Below are positions 63,144 through 64,000 of a stretch of DNA of 64,000 nucleotides, piece by piece. This DNA is from an uncultured Candidatus Peribacteria bacterium (GTDB taxonomy: Bacteria; Patescibacteriota; Gracilibacteria; UBA1369; 2-02-FULL-48-14), in assembly GCA_964360635.1 (NCBI GenBank), contig CAYHXO010000006.1, positions 438 to 64,437 of the forward strand. Reading direction: 5' to 3'. A model generated the notes under the pieces. The model made no database searches. It had not been told where the DNA came from and saw only the letters and a list, made by a program, of their open reading frames with translations. Every line of letters starts with the position of its first letter. Position 1 is the stretch's first letter. The position numbers and the translations under genes are program-made.

Positions 63144-63670
63144 TTTTTAATTCTTTTTAAAAATTTATCGCGAATATCAAGAATTTTTCTTGAATTCTCA
63201 AAAGGCTGCTCAGCGTCATGTAGACTAAAAATTACAACATCGGCTGCAGTTCGAAGCTCAATTTTACCGAAGTGGAAAATGGTCTCTATTAAGCCGACTT
63301 CTGTTCCACGAACATCTTGCAATTGATCTAGGTTGGCAGCAGAAACTTGTCTGTTAAGGAATGCAATTTGGTCATGATTTATAACTCTTTCATTTGTAAC
63401 AATAATCACGTCCAGCTCATGATTTAGCCATGAAATAAATGTAACTAATATGACTGTAAGCAGATAAAACGAAAAAAGAAAAAGTACTATCAAATGATTA
63501 TTCTCTATACGTCCTGGAAAATATTTTATTGCGCCAAAAATATATGCGATTATTGGAACAATTGCGAAAAAGAAAAGGCTTAATAGGACTTTTAAATCAC
63601 TTATCCAATGTTTTTTTAGAATCAATAATGCTTCTTCATGTGGTCTTTGACCTGGAAACTGTAATTTCAT
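63140..63670 (-). CDS. Membrane protein with bacterial PH-like (YdbS/YdbT-type) domain
   Basis: Two TM segments followed by VIIVTNERVI...FGKIELRTAA. The start was trimmed to the ATG at 63670, which forms an ATGA overlap with the upstream glycosyltransferase stop. Confidence 0.45.
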   Translation of the reverse strand: MKLQFPGQRPHEEALLILKKHWISDLKVLLSLFFFAIVPIIAYIFGAIKYFPGRIENNHLIVLFLFSFYLLTVILVTFISWLNHELDVIIVTNERVINHDQIAFLNRQVSAANLDQLQDVRGTEVGLIETIFHFGKIELRTAADVVIFSLHDAEQPFENSRKILDIRDKFLKRIKK

Positions 63671-64000
63671 TTTAATTCTTTTAAGAATATTTCTGCGGTC
63701 TTCTTCCAAGTATATTTCTTTGATACCAACTTTTCCGCTATCGCAACTTGCTTACGGAAATTTGCATCTTGTAGCTTTTTTATTATAGCAAGAGATGAGG
63801 CTTTTGGCGAAATAAAGAGTGCCGAATTTTGAGAGACTTCACGGTTGATTGCAATGTCTTTAACAATTGCCGGACAGCCAACAGACATTGCCTGTAAAAG
63901 TGGAATATTAAAGCCTTCTGAATCTGAAAAATGTAAAAATGCGAATGCCGAGGCAAGAAGTTCATAGACTTTTTTATCTGGAATATTTCCTAGTAAAGTT
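63667..64000 (-). CDS. Family-1 glycosyltransferase, C-terminal part (5' end outside the window)
   Basis: The hand-extended frame reads ...FLHFSDSEGFNIPLLQAMSVGCPAIVKDIAINREV..., which is the GT1 E-x-F-G...EAM..G.P motif region. The frame stays open to the window edge. Confidence 0.7.
   Translation of the reverse strand, partial: TLLGNIPDKKVYELLASAFAFLHFSDSEGFNIPLLQAMSVGCPAIVKDIAINREVSQNSALFISPKASSLAIIKKLQDANFRKQVAIAEKLVSKKYTWKKTAEIFLKELK

Overview
This is a visibly AT-rich, gene-dense bacterial chromosomal segment. It uses the standard genetic code: TGA, TAA and TAG all terminate long intact ORFs. Many genes have 1-4 nt start/stop overlaps.

Housekeeping genes are mutS, mutL, lexA, eno, alaS (a shortened form), miaB, yidD and tRNA-Arg(CCU).

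Metabolic genes:
- L-serine dehydratase beta and alpha subunits.
- purN and purH, plus two tandem archaeal-type PurP (FAICAR synthetase) paralogs.
- A two-subunit 2-oxoacid:ferredoxin oxidoreductase bracketed by a 4Fe-4S and a 2Fe-2S ferredoxin.
- A GlmU-like nucleotidyltransferase.

Envelope genes are a 1307-aa beta-helix/Ca-binding-repeat surface protein, a LysM-M23 peptidase, a DUF4012 protein and several lipoproteins.

Accessory content:
- A partial tyrosine recombinase.
- Two HicAB pairs and a MazEF-like pair.
- An AbiEi/AbiEii pair flanked by a 15-bp direct repeat, next to a MOSC gene remnant.
- A TraD/VirD4-like ATPase operon bracketed by a ~29-bp imperfect direct repeat.

The gene content suggests an uncultivated small-genome lineage such as Patescibacteria/CPR. 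The relevant features are DUF4012, TrmB regulators, the minimal AlaRS, PurP and the giant surface protein. This placement is inference only.

The stand-out feature is at 21.7-32.5 kb. Six translationally coupled paralogs of an unrecognised ~530-555 aa cysteine-rich protein lie there in two modules. Each paralog has matching double zinc-ribbon modules at both termini and a duplicated Cys-ladder core. Each module is headed by a divergent TrmB-like regulator, and a small unannotated RHH gene sits at the front of the first. I could not assign this family to any characterised system.

A GC-enriched, terminator-ended structured RNA candidate lies between eno and sdaAB. I saw no rRNA genes or CRISPR arrays.
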